In this document: in pieces, positions 36,455-45,503 of the stretch
Position numbering within the stretch: position 1 is the first letter of the stretch
How the letters are laid out: each line of letters begins with the position of its first letter
NCBI GenBank assembly: GCA_046538485.1
Contig: JBKHIT010000019.1
Coordinates: 11,116 to 75,115, forward strand
DNA: 64,000 bases
Direction of reading: 5' to 3'
Origin: Candidatus Brocadiia bacterium
GTDB lineage: Bacteria; Planctomycetota; Brocadiia; SM23-32
The notes under the pieces: model-generated
The model's database searches: none
What the model was told of the DNA's origin: nothing
What the model saw: the letters and a program-made list of their open reading frames with translations, nothing else
Made by a program: the position numbers and the translations under genes

Positions 36455-37879
36455 GTGAGTGATAAACCTGATGTCGTCTGGATTTACTGCGATGAGCTGC
36501 GAACCGACGCGCTCGGGTGCTACGGTCATCCCGAGATGGAACTTCATACTCCGAATCTCGACAGGCTTGCCGGAAGCGGCATACGTTTCGAGAACAATTT
36601 CTGCAATTCGCCTATCTGCGTTTCTTCACGGGTTTGTGCTCTGACTGGAATGCATCCGGAACAGACCGGGGTTTATTGCAACGAAGGAGCCTGGAAAAAT
36701 TTTGAGCTTCCCCGGCCTCTGGATACTTTTCCCCAGGTGTTTTCCCGGCACGGATACCGGACGGCCAATTTTGGGAAAATCCATGTTGCCCGGCCGATGT
36801 ATCCGGGCGCCAGCCCGGGGCCCGATATTTTTCAGCATCATAATGGGGAAGGCGGAGGTATGGGGTTCTGGAAAGACCTGGGGGAGGAGGCGGTTCAAAT
36901 GATTCGCTCTCCCGGGGGGGGAATGAACGGCGGAATCTACCCTGGTGACGAACCGTATCTCCCGGAAAAAGTGACTACCAATGCCATCGATTGGATGGAA
37001 AAAGTGGAGAGTCCGTCGTTCACGCGTCTTTCTATTCTGCAACCGCATACACCTGTTTTACCCCCGGAGGAATTTGTCGAGCTGTACAAAGGACAGGATC
37101 CCGGAATGCCGGATCCATTACCGGAAACCGTGTCGGAGTTTGAGAAACGGGTTGCCGATGTGCACGGGCTGGACCGAATGGACCCGAAAGATCTGCGAGC
37201 GGCGCGGCTCCACTATTACGCCCTTGTTGCCTGGATCGATTCGCAGATCGGGCGTGTGCTTGAGTTTCTGGAACGGGAAGGGCGGCTGACGGAGACTATT
37301 GTTATTTTCGGGTCCGATCATGGCAATCCCCTCGGTGATACCGGTGCGTTCGAGAAACATACATTCACGCCAACTGTGCATCGGGTACCTCTGCTGATTT
37401 CCTGGCCGGACACGTTGCCGGATGGGCAAGTGCGAGACGATATTTCTGAGAGTCTTGACTATGGGCCGACTCTGATGTCGTTGTGCGGGATTGATATCCC
37501 CGAGCAGTATGAAGGACGGGACCTCTTTTCTGATCCAGCGCCGCAGGCCATCTGTTCGACCATCGGTTTTGGCCAGCCGGACTCGAAGATGGGGCCAAAT
37601 GGGGGGTCAGGCGAATGGTTTGGCGGACGTGGTTGGCCGCGAAGAAGTTGCGTGCGAACAGCACGATGGCGGCTGGGGAAAAACATGTTGCTGGATGGTG
37701 AAAAACCATCGCCGGAAGATGAGGATATTTTTCTGGCAGATGTTCAGGAAGATCCTAAAGAAATGGTGAATTTGGCCACAGAGCCACGTTACGCAGAGGT
37801 TGTGAATGATTTGTCAAGAAAGCTCGATAAACATGCTGAAGGTTCTCTGGAAGTTCCACACCGGTGCCTTGTGCGTTGA
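36455..37879 (+). CDS. sulfatase (arylsulfatase A family), variant C-x-S-x-R site
   Basis: PDVVWIYCDELRTDALGCYGH, NSPICVSSRVCALTG, GSDHGNPLG. Confidence 0.9.
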   Translation: MSDKPDVVWIYCDELRTDALGCYGHPEMELHTPNLDRLAGSGIRFENNFCNSPICVSSRVCALTGMHPEQTGVYCNEGAWKNFELPRPLDTFPQVFSRHGYRTANFGKIHVARPMYPGASPGPDIFQHHNGEGGGMGFWKDLGEEAVQMIRSPGGGMNGGIYPGDEPYLPEKVTTNAIDWMEKVESPSFTRLSILQPHTPVLPPEEFVELYKGQDPGMPDPLPETVSEFEKRVADVHGLDRMDPKDLRAARLHYYALVAWIDSQIGRVLEFLEREGRLTETIVIFGSDHGNPLGDTGAFEKHTFTPTVHRVPLLISWPDTLPDGQVRDDISESLDYGPTLMSLCGIDIPEQYEGRDLFSDPAPQAICSTIGFGQPDSKMGPNGGSGEWFGGRGWPRRSCVRTARWRLGKNMLLDGEKPSPEDEDIFLADVQEDPKEMVNLATEPRYAEVVNDLSRKLDKHAEGSLEVPHRCLVR

Positions 37880-37948
37880 AAATGTTGCAAGTTTTTCACG
37901 CATTAATTCTGATAGCCGCGTGGCTGAAGCGCTGAAGAGAGGAAGAAA

Positions 37949-39346
37949 ATGGCTGAACGACCAAATTTCCTGATATTTATGACCGAACAGCATCGGGGCG
38001 ATTGTCTCAGCGCCGATGGTCATCCAGTGCTGCTGACACCTAACATGGATAGCATCGGAATGGGTGGCGCGCGTTTTACACATGGTTATACGACCTGTCC
38101 GACATGTATCGCTGCGCGGCGGTCGTTCCTTTCCGGTCAGTACCCTTCAACACATGGCATGATTGGCTACCATGACGGGGTCGAGTGGGATGCGCCCACG
38201 ACCGTTGCGGGAGCGCTGGGAGAGGCGGGGTACCAAACGGAGTGGATTGGCCGGAGCATGCATCAGCATCCGGTCCGTAAACGGTATGGTTTCGACCACA
38301 TGGTAGCACACGCGGAGTATGAGGACTTTTTGCGACAAAACCAACCTCCGGGAAGAGCCCCGCTGGCGGAGGGGCGTTTCGGGGCCGGTCCGATGCACAA
38401 TGATTGGACCGCCCGACCGTATCATCTGGACGAATATCTTCACTCGACGAACTGGATTACGAATCAGGCGCTGACATTTCTTGATCGGCGGGATCCGTCG
38501 TCTCCGTTTTTTGCCGTCGTTTCCTATTACGCCGCTCACCCCCCGCTGACTCCTCCTGGTTTCTATATGGAACGGTACCTGCGTTCGGATATACCCGAGC
38601 CCGTGATTGGAGATTGGGCGACACCGCCGGATGAAAACTGGCATCGATCCGGCGCCGGCGGGACGCGGGTAGATCTACAGGGAGAAGAACTGCAGGCGTG
38701 CCGCGCCGGTTATTACGGTTTGATTAACCATGTGGACGACCAGATCCGGCGTATTCTCAGCCCGGTCTCCGGTGTCCAGCGAATGACGAATAACAATACT
38801 GTGGTTATGTTTGTCAGTGATCACGGGGAGATGCTGGGTGACCACTACCATTTCCACAAACGGTTGCCGTACGAAAGCTCGGCTCATATTCCTTTTATGA
38901 TTTCAGCGCCCCGTCGGTATGGCATCGAGGAAGGGACAGTTCTGGATAACGCCGTTTCGCTTGAGGATGTCATGCCGACCGTCCTCGATCTGGCGAATGT
39001 TGAGGCACCGGAAACGGTTGAGGGCAAAAGCCTCGTAGCGTTGATGCGGGGAGACGGCGATCTTTCCCGTTCATATCTGCATATCGAACATGCCCCCCTG
39101 TACCAATCCCTTACCGATGGCAAGGAGAAATATATCTGGTTCACACAGGATGGTCGTGACCAGTTCTTTGATCTCAAAGAAGACCCGGAAGAATGTCATA
39201 ATCTTATCGACTCACCGGATTATGCCGAACGTGTAGAGTTCTGGCGGGACCGGTTGATTGAGGAGCTGGAAGGGCGTCCTGAAGAATTTTCGGATGGGGA
39301 AAAACTGATCCCGGGACGGCCCCATAATGCTCTTATGCCATCTTAA
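37949..39346 (+). CDS. sulfatase, C-x-A-x-R site
   Basis: RPNFLIFMTEQHRGDCL, TCPTCIAARRSFLSGQ, VSDHGEMLGDH. Confidence 0.9.
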   Translation: MAERPNFLIFMTEQHRGDCLSADGHPVLLTPNMDSIGMGGARFTHGYTTCPTCIAARRSFLSGQYPSTHGMIGYHDGVEWDAPTTVAGALGEAGYQTEWIGRSMHQHPVRKRYGFDHMVAHAEYEDFLRQNQPPGRAPLAEGRFGAGPMHNDWTARPYHLDEYLHSTNWITNQALTFLDRRDPSSPFFAVVSYYAAHPPLTPPGFYMERYLRSDIPEPVIGDWATPPDENWHRSGAGGTRVDLQGEELQACRAGYYGLINHVDDQIRRILSPVSGVQRMTNNNTVVMFVSDHGEMLGDHYHFHKRLPYESSAHIPFMISAPRRYGIEEGTVLDNAVSLEDVMPTVLDLANVEAPETVEGKSLVALMRGDGDLSRSYLHIEHAPLYQSLTDGKEKYIWFTQDGRDQFFDLKEDPEECHNLIDSPDYAERVEFWRDRLIEELEGRPEEFSDGEKLIPGRPHNALMPS

Positions 39347-39434
39347 TTGAGCTGTTGTGCCCATTACATAGCGATGCACTGTATACGGTGGCAAATGAAA
39401 TAAAATGCGACCCAGGAGGGAAACGGATAACGCC

Positions 39435-40269
39435 ATGTCGAATCGAACGCAAGGCGGACTGGCGGCGGGTTCTGCACGTGCAGATATTACCCCCGAGCCG
39501 GGCATACAGCTGGCTGGCGATTGCGGGCGGCATCGGCCGGTGGAGGGGGTTAAGGAACCGCTTTATGCTCGGGCGCTCGTCCTTGAATCGGGAGAAACCC
39601 GACTCTGCCTCCTTTCTCTGGATCTGCTGGGAGCGACAAATGCCTGCGCGGATGAGGTGCGAGAACGTGTGGCGGATGCGCTTGGTATTGACTCAGAAGC
39701 CGTTATGTTTCACGTCACACAAAACCACGCGGAAGGTTTTGGAAGATTTGAGATATCAAGAGGGGAAAGAACTGGCCCTGGCAAGAACGATTTTAGATTT
39801 GCCTTTGCGGGAGGTGCCCCCGGCAGAAATTCAGGACGCGGAACGCATTCTCCGTGAGAACCCGGAACCTGTCTGGAAAAATGAAAACGCTGTGGATCGC
39901 AAGTGGGTCGATGCGGCAACCAGGATGGATCTTAGTGACCACCGGGCCGTCTGTCCCATCGCGCAATACGAGGTGCAAGTGTTCCGTCTGGCAGATACTG
40001 CAATTGTGGCAGTGATGGGCGAGCCATTTGTGGAACTGCAACTGGGGATTAAACTGGCATCGCCGGCCTCGCAGACGTATGTGGCGCATTTTTGTAATGG
40101 CTATGCGGGATATATCCCTACACCGGAAACCCTCGCGCGCGATGTTCATGAAAGTGGTTACGGAACGGGTCAGGAGGGGTACACGAATATAGCTTCCAAA
40201 TTCGAAGCAGATGCGTTCGACCGGGTGGAGTCCGCGGCGAAGGATCTCCTCGGGGAATTATGGTGTTAG
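39435..40269 (+). pseudogene. neutral-ceramidase-like (N-terminal-domain family) hydrolase, frameshifted and probably internally deleted
   Basis: The frame-0 N-terminus ARADITPEPGIQLAGD...EPLYARALVLESGETRLCLLSLDLLG...VMFHVTQNH breaks off at about 39715-39735. The family-like C-terminus (GEPFVELQLGIKLASP...YVAHFCNGYAGYIPT) continues in another frame to 40269. Confidence 0.6.
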
Positions 40270-40502
40270 CGGACTGGCAGTTCTGGATTTGCCGGTGACA
40301 TAACTTTCAAAAATGGATGTCGCGGGAATTCACATCCTGAACTCGAGCCCGCGACCCGGCTCCAGGTTGCTGTCAATTTTCCAGATAGACATTTTGTTCA
40401 AGCAGGACCTGACGGAGCTCGGCGTATGTCAATTCGCGAACGCCGCAGTTTGTTTTCCCGAGGCAGTTTGGCTCCCGCCCGTGGTTTCTATTTTACCGAA
40501 CC

Positions 40503-40649
40503 AGTACAGCGCCAGCCCTAAGTATTAGAGCCGCAGAACTGTCCAGAATCGGGGTGAGGGCGTTGGGGTCATTGTAACACCCAGGGCGGAGACAGATGTA
40601 TTCGGCCGTGACGAAAAGGATGTTCGGTCGTTCTGGCATTAGCCGTTTC
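40503..40649 (-). pseudogene. sulfatase N-terminal remnant (48 codons)
   Basis: Reverse strand: SD GAGGAAA, then ATG at 40649: MPERPNILFVTAEYICLRPGCYNDPNALTPILDSSAA..., then a stop. This mimics the sulfatase N-terminus (RPNILF..D..R.D.LGCYG....TPNLD.LA). It lies 25 nt downstream of the intact sulfatase. Confidence 0.5.
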
Positions 40650-40674
40650 CTCTGATTTTATGTGGGTAGAAAAA

Positions 40675-42213
40675 TCAGACGATAGGTGGGTCAGCTTCTT
40701 TAAGCCACCGCGGCCAGACGTCGTTCCGGAACTGTTCCATGTCGTCTTTGTCGAGATCTGCCCAGCAGCTCAATCCGCGAGGCTCAAATGTCGGGACACT
40801 TTCCTGCGGCAGTTGAGCGGCGAAACGCGCTTTTACGTCTTCGCAATCTGGATCGTCGGCAAGGTTTTCCCATTCGTAGGGATCTTCGCGATGATTGAAC
40901 AGTTCCTCCCCGCCGTCGTAATAGCGTGTGTACCGCCATTCTTCGTCGCGGAGGCTATAATTGCCTCGGCCCTGGACGGTGAGTTCGGGCTCTCGCAGTT
41001 CCGCTGTGTTAGCCGTGGGGTTGGCAAGCAACGGAGAGAGCGATGTGCCGTCGAGATCGGAACGCGGAGAAAGCCCACACAGATCAATAAGCGTGGGGTA
41101 GAGGTCTATCAGGCCGACGGGCCGCTCACAGACTTTATCGGCTGAATCCATTTTCCGCGGATCGACGATTATCATCGGCGTGCGGGCCGATTCCTCCCAG
41201 AGCGAGAACTTCCGCCAGCTGCGCTTTTCTCCGAGGTGCCAACCGTGGTCCGACCAGAAGACGATAATCGTGTTGTCGGCGTAGGGGCTCCGGGCCAGTT
41301 CATCCAGAACAAGTCCGACCATATCGTCGACAAACGACGCGCAGGCGTAGTAGGCCTGGATTACCCGTCGGCGCCCGCGGGGGTCGGCGGCTCGAACGTT
41401 GATGTCGTCTTGAACGCGGGCGTTGCGCCGCGCCACCCAGGGCGAATCAGCCAGATCATCGTCTTTCACCGGATGCAGTTCGAGGTCGTCCAGCGGGTAG
41501 TGCTGAAAATATTTCCGCGGGGCAATGAAGGGCAGATGCGGTCGGACGAAACCGGTGGCCAGAAAGAATGGTTTGTCGTGTTCCTGTTTCAGCACATCGA
41601 CGCCGAACTGGGCCGTGACGCCGTCCATGCAATCCATCACGGGGTCGTCCGAAGGCCCGGAGACAAGTTTGACAGAGTTCGGCGGGCCTTCTCCGCCAGC
41701 TCCGCTCCAGTCGATGGAGTCCTCCATGCAGGGCGAGTGATTGTAGTCAGCTTCGCGGATCCTGCCGACATTATTGACGTCCCAGTCCCTGTCGGCGCGG
41801 GGGATCACAACGGTCGGTTCGGGGTCATCGGAAGCTTTGTTTTTCTCAACGGCTTCCTCGGTGTATGAGTGGACGCGGAGGGAATTATGGTGGATTTTGC
41901 CGGAGGAGAACGTTTTGTAACCGGCTTTCCTGAAATATTCCGGGAGTGTTACAACAGATTCAAAATCCTCCCGTCCGGCCCAGTCCTGGAAGCCATAGAT
42001 TCCGGTTCTGGTGGGATATTGTCCGCTGAGCAGGGCGGCTCGGGACGGTCCACAGGAGGGAGCGGGGCACATGGCGTTTGAAAACGTAACACCCCGTTCC
42101 GCAAGCTCATCGATGTGGGGCGTATATGCGTTCGAATCCCCGTAACAGCTGATAAACGGTCGAAGATCGTCAATAGCAATGAAAAGGATGTTTGGGCGTT
42201 GATCAGAACTCAT
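40675..42213 (-). CDS. sulfatase, canonical C-x-P-x-R
   Basis: RPNILFIAIDDLRPFISCYGD, CPAPSCGPSRAALLSGQ, WSDHGWHLGE. Confidence 0.9.
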   Translation of the reverse strand: MSSDQRPNILFIAIDDLRPFISCYGDSNAYTPHIDELAERGVTFSNAMCPAPSCGPSRAALLSGQYPTRTGIYGFQDWAGREDFESVVTLPEYFRKAGYKTFSSGKIHHNSLRVHSYTEEAVEKNKASDDPEPTVVIPRADRDWDVNNVGRIREADYNHSPCMEDSIDWSGAGGEGPPNSVKLVSGPSDDPVMDCMDGVTAQFGVDVLKQEHDKPFFLATGFVRPHLPFIAPRKYFQHYPLDDLELHPVKDDDLADSPWVARRNARVQDDINVRAADPRGRRRVIQAYYACASFVDDMVGLVLDELARSPYADNTIIVFWSDHGWHLGEKRSWRKFSLWEESARTPMIIVDPRKMDSADKVCERPVGLIDLYPTLIDLCGLSPRSDLDGTSLSPLLANPTANTAELREPELTVQGRGNYSLRDEEWRYTRYYDGGEELFNHREDPYEWENLADDPDCEDVKARFAAQLPQESVPTFEPRGLSCWADLDKDDMEQFRNDVWPRWLKEADPPIV

Positions 42214-42787
42214 GATTTGCGTTCCTCAGGAATCTAATGCAACTTCCTACGGGCAGAAGGCTGAACACAACAGGAAAAGAATACAGCTGGTTGCCGGCAG
42301 TTCAACGACGACTGTTATCACAATTTTCCGCCGTAATCTGGCTGTCAGGATGTTCCTACCCAGATTAACGTGCAGTATAAGCCGGATGGAATAGAATTGA
42401 AATGACAGGGAATTTGCGCTGTGGGTTGGTAGCCGGACATTTCCCAGAAATCGTGCTGTCTGTCCCCATCGCACCGGGCGCGAATTACTTAATTTTCCTT
42501 CGGAACAGAATCCTGGATTCAACCATCCCGGATCCCGTCCTCTGATCTGAGATCGCTGGAGGGCCTCGTAGCTAAGCCGTTGACAGGCAAGCGGACTGGA
42601 CTTCAGAACGCGGCTTATCAGCCCACAGATCTCCCGGCAAACAGCGATGTTTACGGCACCGACCGGCGCGATGTCCCGCGCGCCAACGGCGTGCTGTGGA
42701 TTGCGGTGTGTTAAAACGGGCCGGAGGCACGTTTTACTCACCGCTGTGTCGTTCCGGAACGTGTCACACTTCATATAGCTTCTCCAC

Positions 42788-42826
42788 AACGACAACGGAG
42801 AACGACAACCGAGAACGACACAGCGG
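42788..42826. repeat. 3 x 13-nt direct tandem (aacgacaacSgag-like)
   Basis: The units aacgacaacggag, aacgacaaccgag and aacgacacagcgg lie inside the CDS-free gap 42214-43053. Confidence 0.6.
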
Positions 42827-43029
42827 CGAAGAATCGCCGCACTCCATAGCCGGCTGGCGCCGGCGGGGTTCACACACGCGCTGATTTTTGTTGTATCCCG
42901 CGGCAGTGATCATCTTCCGCAACGCCGGGATGTTCGCGGAAATGGCAACAGGAGCAACCCGAATGCAACTGCGCGGAAGGTTTGCTCGATTCTTTCCTTT
43001 GGCTCTCGACTGAATTTCTCCGAAGCGTT

Positions 43030-43055
43030 GCGACCGAGGCGCGGTCGCGGTTTTC
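43030..43055 (+). terminator. terminator-like hairpin, + strand orientation
   Basis: Stem gcgaccg / cggtcgc (7 bp), loop aggcg, then GGTTTTC. The U-run exists only in the + orientation, although the adjacent gene (43054-43488) is on the - strand. Confidence 0.3.
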
Positions 43056-43488
43056 AGTGCTCTGGTTCATCGTCTCCGTTGGTCTTTCCCGATCGTCGGC
43101 GGATCCATTCTATCGCTGAGCCTACGATCAGGACAGCATACAGGGTGATTTCTATGGTCCCCACAGCCAGGGGCACCAGGGCGTAAGCTACCAGCAGTGC
43201 AGATATCGCGCTGAGGCCGATTACGGAACCAATGAGAATGTCCTGCAGACGCACGGCATCTTCTCGGATGGCTCTCAAGACTTCCCACGCTGCGCAGAAA
43301 ACGAAGCCGATGGCCAGAGCGCATACCAGAGCTGCCCCCAGAACGACTCCCAGATTCAGCAACGATGTTCTGTCAGCGCCGGTGCCTCCAAACACCACAA
43401 ACTGGGATAGAGCCGCAAGAATGACAAAGACCACCGTGCAGGTCAGTAAGTAGGAGCGCGGTTTAATATGGAAATCTGGGTTTTTCAT
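43054..43488 (-). CDS. small membrane protein (4 TM), hypothetical
   Basis: Four hydrophobic helices and a basic/acidic C-tail. Divergent from the lipoprotein gene. Confidence 0.6.
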   Translation of the reverse strand: MKNPDFHIKPRSYLLTCTVVFVILAALSQFVVFGGTGADRTSLLNLGVVLGAALVCALAIGFVFCAAWEVLRAIREDAVRLQDILIGSVIGLSAISALLVAYALVPLAVGTIEITLYAVLIVGSAIEWIRRRSGKTNGDDEPEH

Positions 43489-43773
43489 ATGTGCCCCCTT
43501 TGTGCTTGAGCCCGGCGCAACCTGCGGAAAGCAGACACTCTTTGCTTCAGGGGTTTTCTGCTCTTACGAGTCCGATTCCTATGAGAATTTTCCTTTGCGC
43601 CCGAAAGACGGCTCCGAAGGAGCGACACAGGCATTATCGTGGTTCATTTGCTTGGTGGACGACACCCCTCGTATCGAATCTTTCTTGGCGATTTTCGTGT
43701 GCGAAGCTCCAATTGGATGTACAATCAGAAGGAGTATAATCGCTCACATGAGACTACCACAAGGAGTATAGTG

Positions 43774-45117
43774 ATGAAAAGGACTCTGCAGATTTTGCGG
43801 ATTGTGGTATTCATCGTAGCGGTCTGCGGATGCGGCCGACAGGAGAAGAAGCAGGAATCGTTAAATCCACAAATCGACAAACGCGGCTCCTATCTGATCC
43901 TTGCGACAGAGCAGGCGCTTGCCTCGTATGAGGAAGCTATCGAGATCGCGGAATCTCTCCATCCGGAGGCCAGCCGGGCTACGTTTGATCCTGGCCGGCT
44001 GGAAAGTTCGCTGGAACTTCTGAAGCAACGAACGCCCAGGTACACGCTCATTTTCATTTTGCCGGGGGAGTTTGACGTCAATCTGGCGTGGAACTGGATG
44101 CAACTGACCACCCGGATCGACGAGGACCCATTTGTGGATGTGCGGTGCGGATTCATTACCGGAGAAACGCCGCACGCGGCGAAATCGTTTATGTCGCGCA
44201 TCCGAGATGCTGTCAGGGGAGAGATCTCTTTGCCGCCGGCTTTAGTTGATAACCTCGGCCCCAACACCGCGGCCAAGAAGACGATGTTTCGCAAACAGAA
44301 CAAATCGCTTTTCCTGCCGGTTTACGCTGAACAACTTCGAGTCAGCACAATCAGTCATGGCAGACGAGGGTTCAGCAAAGAAAGACTTAGTTCGATGGCT
44401 GGGGCGGGTATCGTGCATTTCGGAGGACACGGGTACCCGGATCGGGTGGTAAATTGTCTCAACGGACCGTATGCCCGCCGGCTTGCACTGGACCCGTGCG
44501 TGATTTTCAGCGGGGCCTGCTACACGGGAGTAACTGGACGGTGGTTTGATATCAACGGACCGAAGGTGACCGAGAAGCATGTCGAATCGGATAAATGCTT
44601 TTGCCTCAGTATGTTATCGAATAACGTGCTGGCCTACCTGGCCGCTCCTCATCCCGATCACGGAATCCCGGTCTACCAGGAAATGGAACACCTCGCCCTG
44701 ACTGAAGCGACTCTTGGTTATTTGATCAAGTATACACACGATGGTGTTGTGCTGGCTTCGGGCGGGCAGGTTCCGCAGTTCGTGACGCTCAAAGACGGGA
44801 TGGCCCGCCCGGCGTGGACGTCCAGCGATGTTATGCTGGTGGGCACGGCATCGAGAGTGCTGTTTGGCGATCCTTCCATGCGGATAATTGATTCGTTCGC
44901 AGAGTCGCCTTTTGAGTTGAGCATTCAGAGCAATTCTGCCGAGGTCAGTTCGAGGGGCGGCGCCAAAGGTGACCCAGACGGGTCCCTGCGAAGCCGCAAC
45001 GAAGAAATGACCCGGCAGAATTGCTCCCTACGGGCCGGACGGCGGCGGCCCATCTGCGGCGTTGCAGTTCGGCGTGGACCCACTTGGGTCGAACTTCTCA
45101 CTGCGCCTTGCATCTGA
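43774..45117 (+). CDS. lipoprotein with a caspase-fold (C25/C11/CHAT-like) Cys-peptidase signature; C-terminal ~60 aa suspicious
   Basis: SD AAGGAG 8 nt before ATG 43774. Signal plus Cys: MKRTLQILRIVVFIVAVCGCG. His/Cys dyad context: GIVHFGGHGYPD ... VIFSGACYTG. The last ~60 residues are Arg-rich and look out of frame. Confidence 0.65.
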   Translation: MKRTLQILRIVVFIVAVCGCGRQEKKQESLNPQIDKRGSYLILATEQALASYEEAIEIAESLHPEASRATFDPGRLESSLELLKQRTPRYTLIFILPGEFDVNLAWNWMQLTTRIDEDPFVDVRCGFITGETPHAAKSFMSRIRDAVRGEISLPPALVDNLGPNTAAKKTMFRKQNKSLFLPVYAEQLRVSTISHGRRGFSKERLSSMAGAGIVHFGGHGYPDRVVNCLNGPYARRLALDPCVIFSGACYTGVTGRWFDINGPKVTEKHVESDKCFCLSMLSNNVLAYLAAPHPDHGIPVYQEMEHLALTEATLGYLIKYTHDGVVLASGGQVPQFVTLKDGMARPAWTSSDVMLVGTASRVLFGDPSMRIIDSFAESPFELSIQSNSAEVSSRGGAKGDPDGSLRSRNEEMTRQNCSLRAGRRRPICGVAVRRGPTWVELLTAPCI

Positions 45118-45276
45118 ACCGCCGACGAACGGCTGAACGCACAACATCAAGTGGAACGGACCACTAGGTTGCACATGCAGATTGACGTGGGGACAGAGGG
45201 CTATATGAAATCGAAACTCCGCAAACGCAACGCGACTGTGAGGTTCAGAGTGACCTGGTGAGATGGAAGGCAAAAG

Positions 45277-45366
<90 letters not shown>

Positions 45367-45503
45367 ACTTAATCCGATTATAACCATACGTCCGAGACTG
45401 TCAAGCAATAGGCCGACAATTGAGATCGCTATGCTTGAAGCATAGAATGGTTCATTGAAAATCACGTTTCAAATTTGTCTTCTCACCCTGAGGGAATGTC
45501 AGT

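Noticed and set aside
40313-40528. A 71-aa + strand ORF between the ceramidase-like pseudogene and the sulfatase.
   Set aside because: The region is better explained by the sulfatase N-terminal remnant and its eroded continuation on the opposite strand.
42247-42873. A 208-aa minus-strand ORF immediately upstream of the sulfatase start.
   Set aside because: It is Arg/Ser/Cys/Leu-rich, has no SD and no motif, and contains the 13-nt tandem and the palindrome. It is treated as non-coding (see the gap finding).
43639-43773. A 45-codon N-terminal extension of the caspase-fold lipoprotein, as in ORF-track start 43639.
   Set aside because: The extension has no signal-like features. ATG 43774 has a perfect AAGGAG SD and begins a classical lipoprotein signal.
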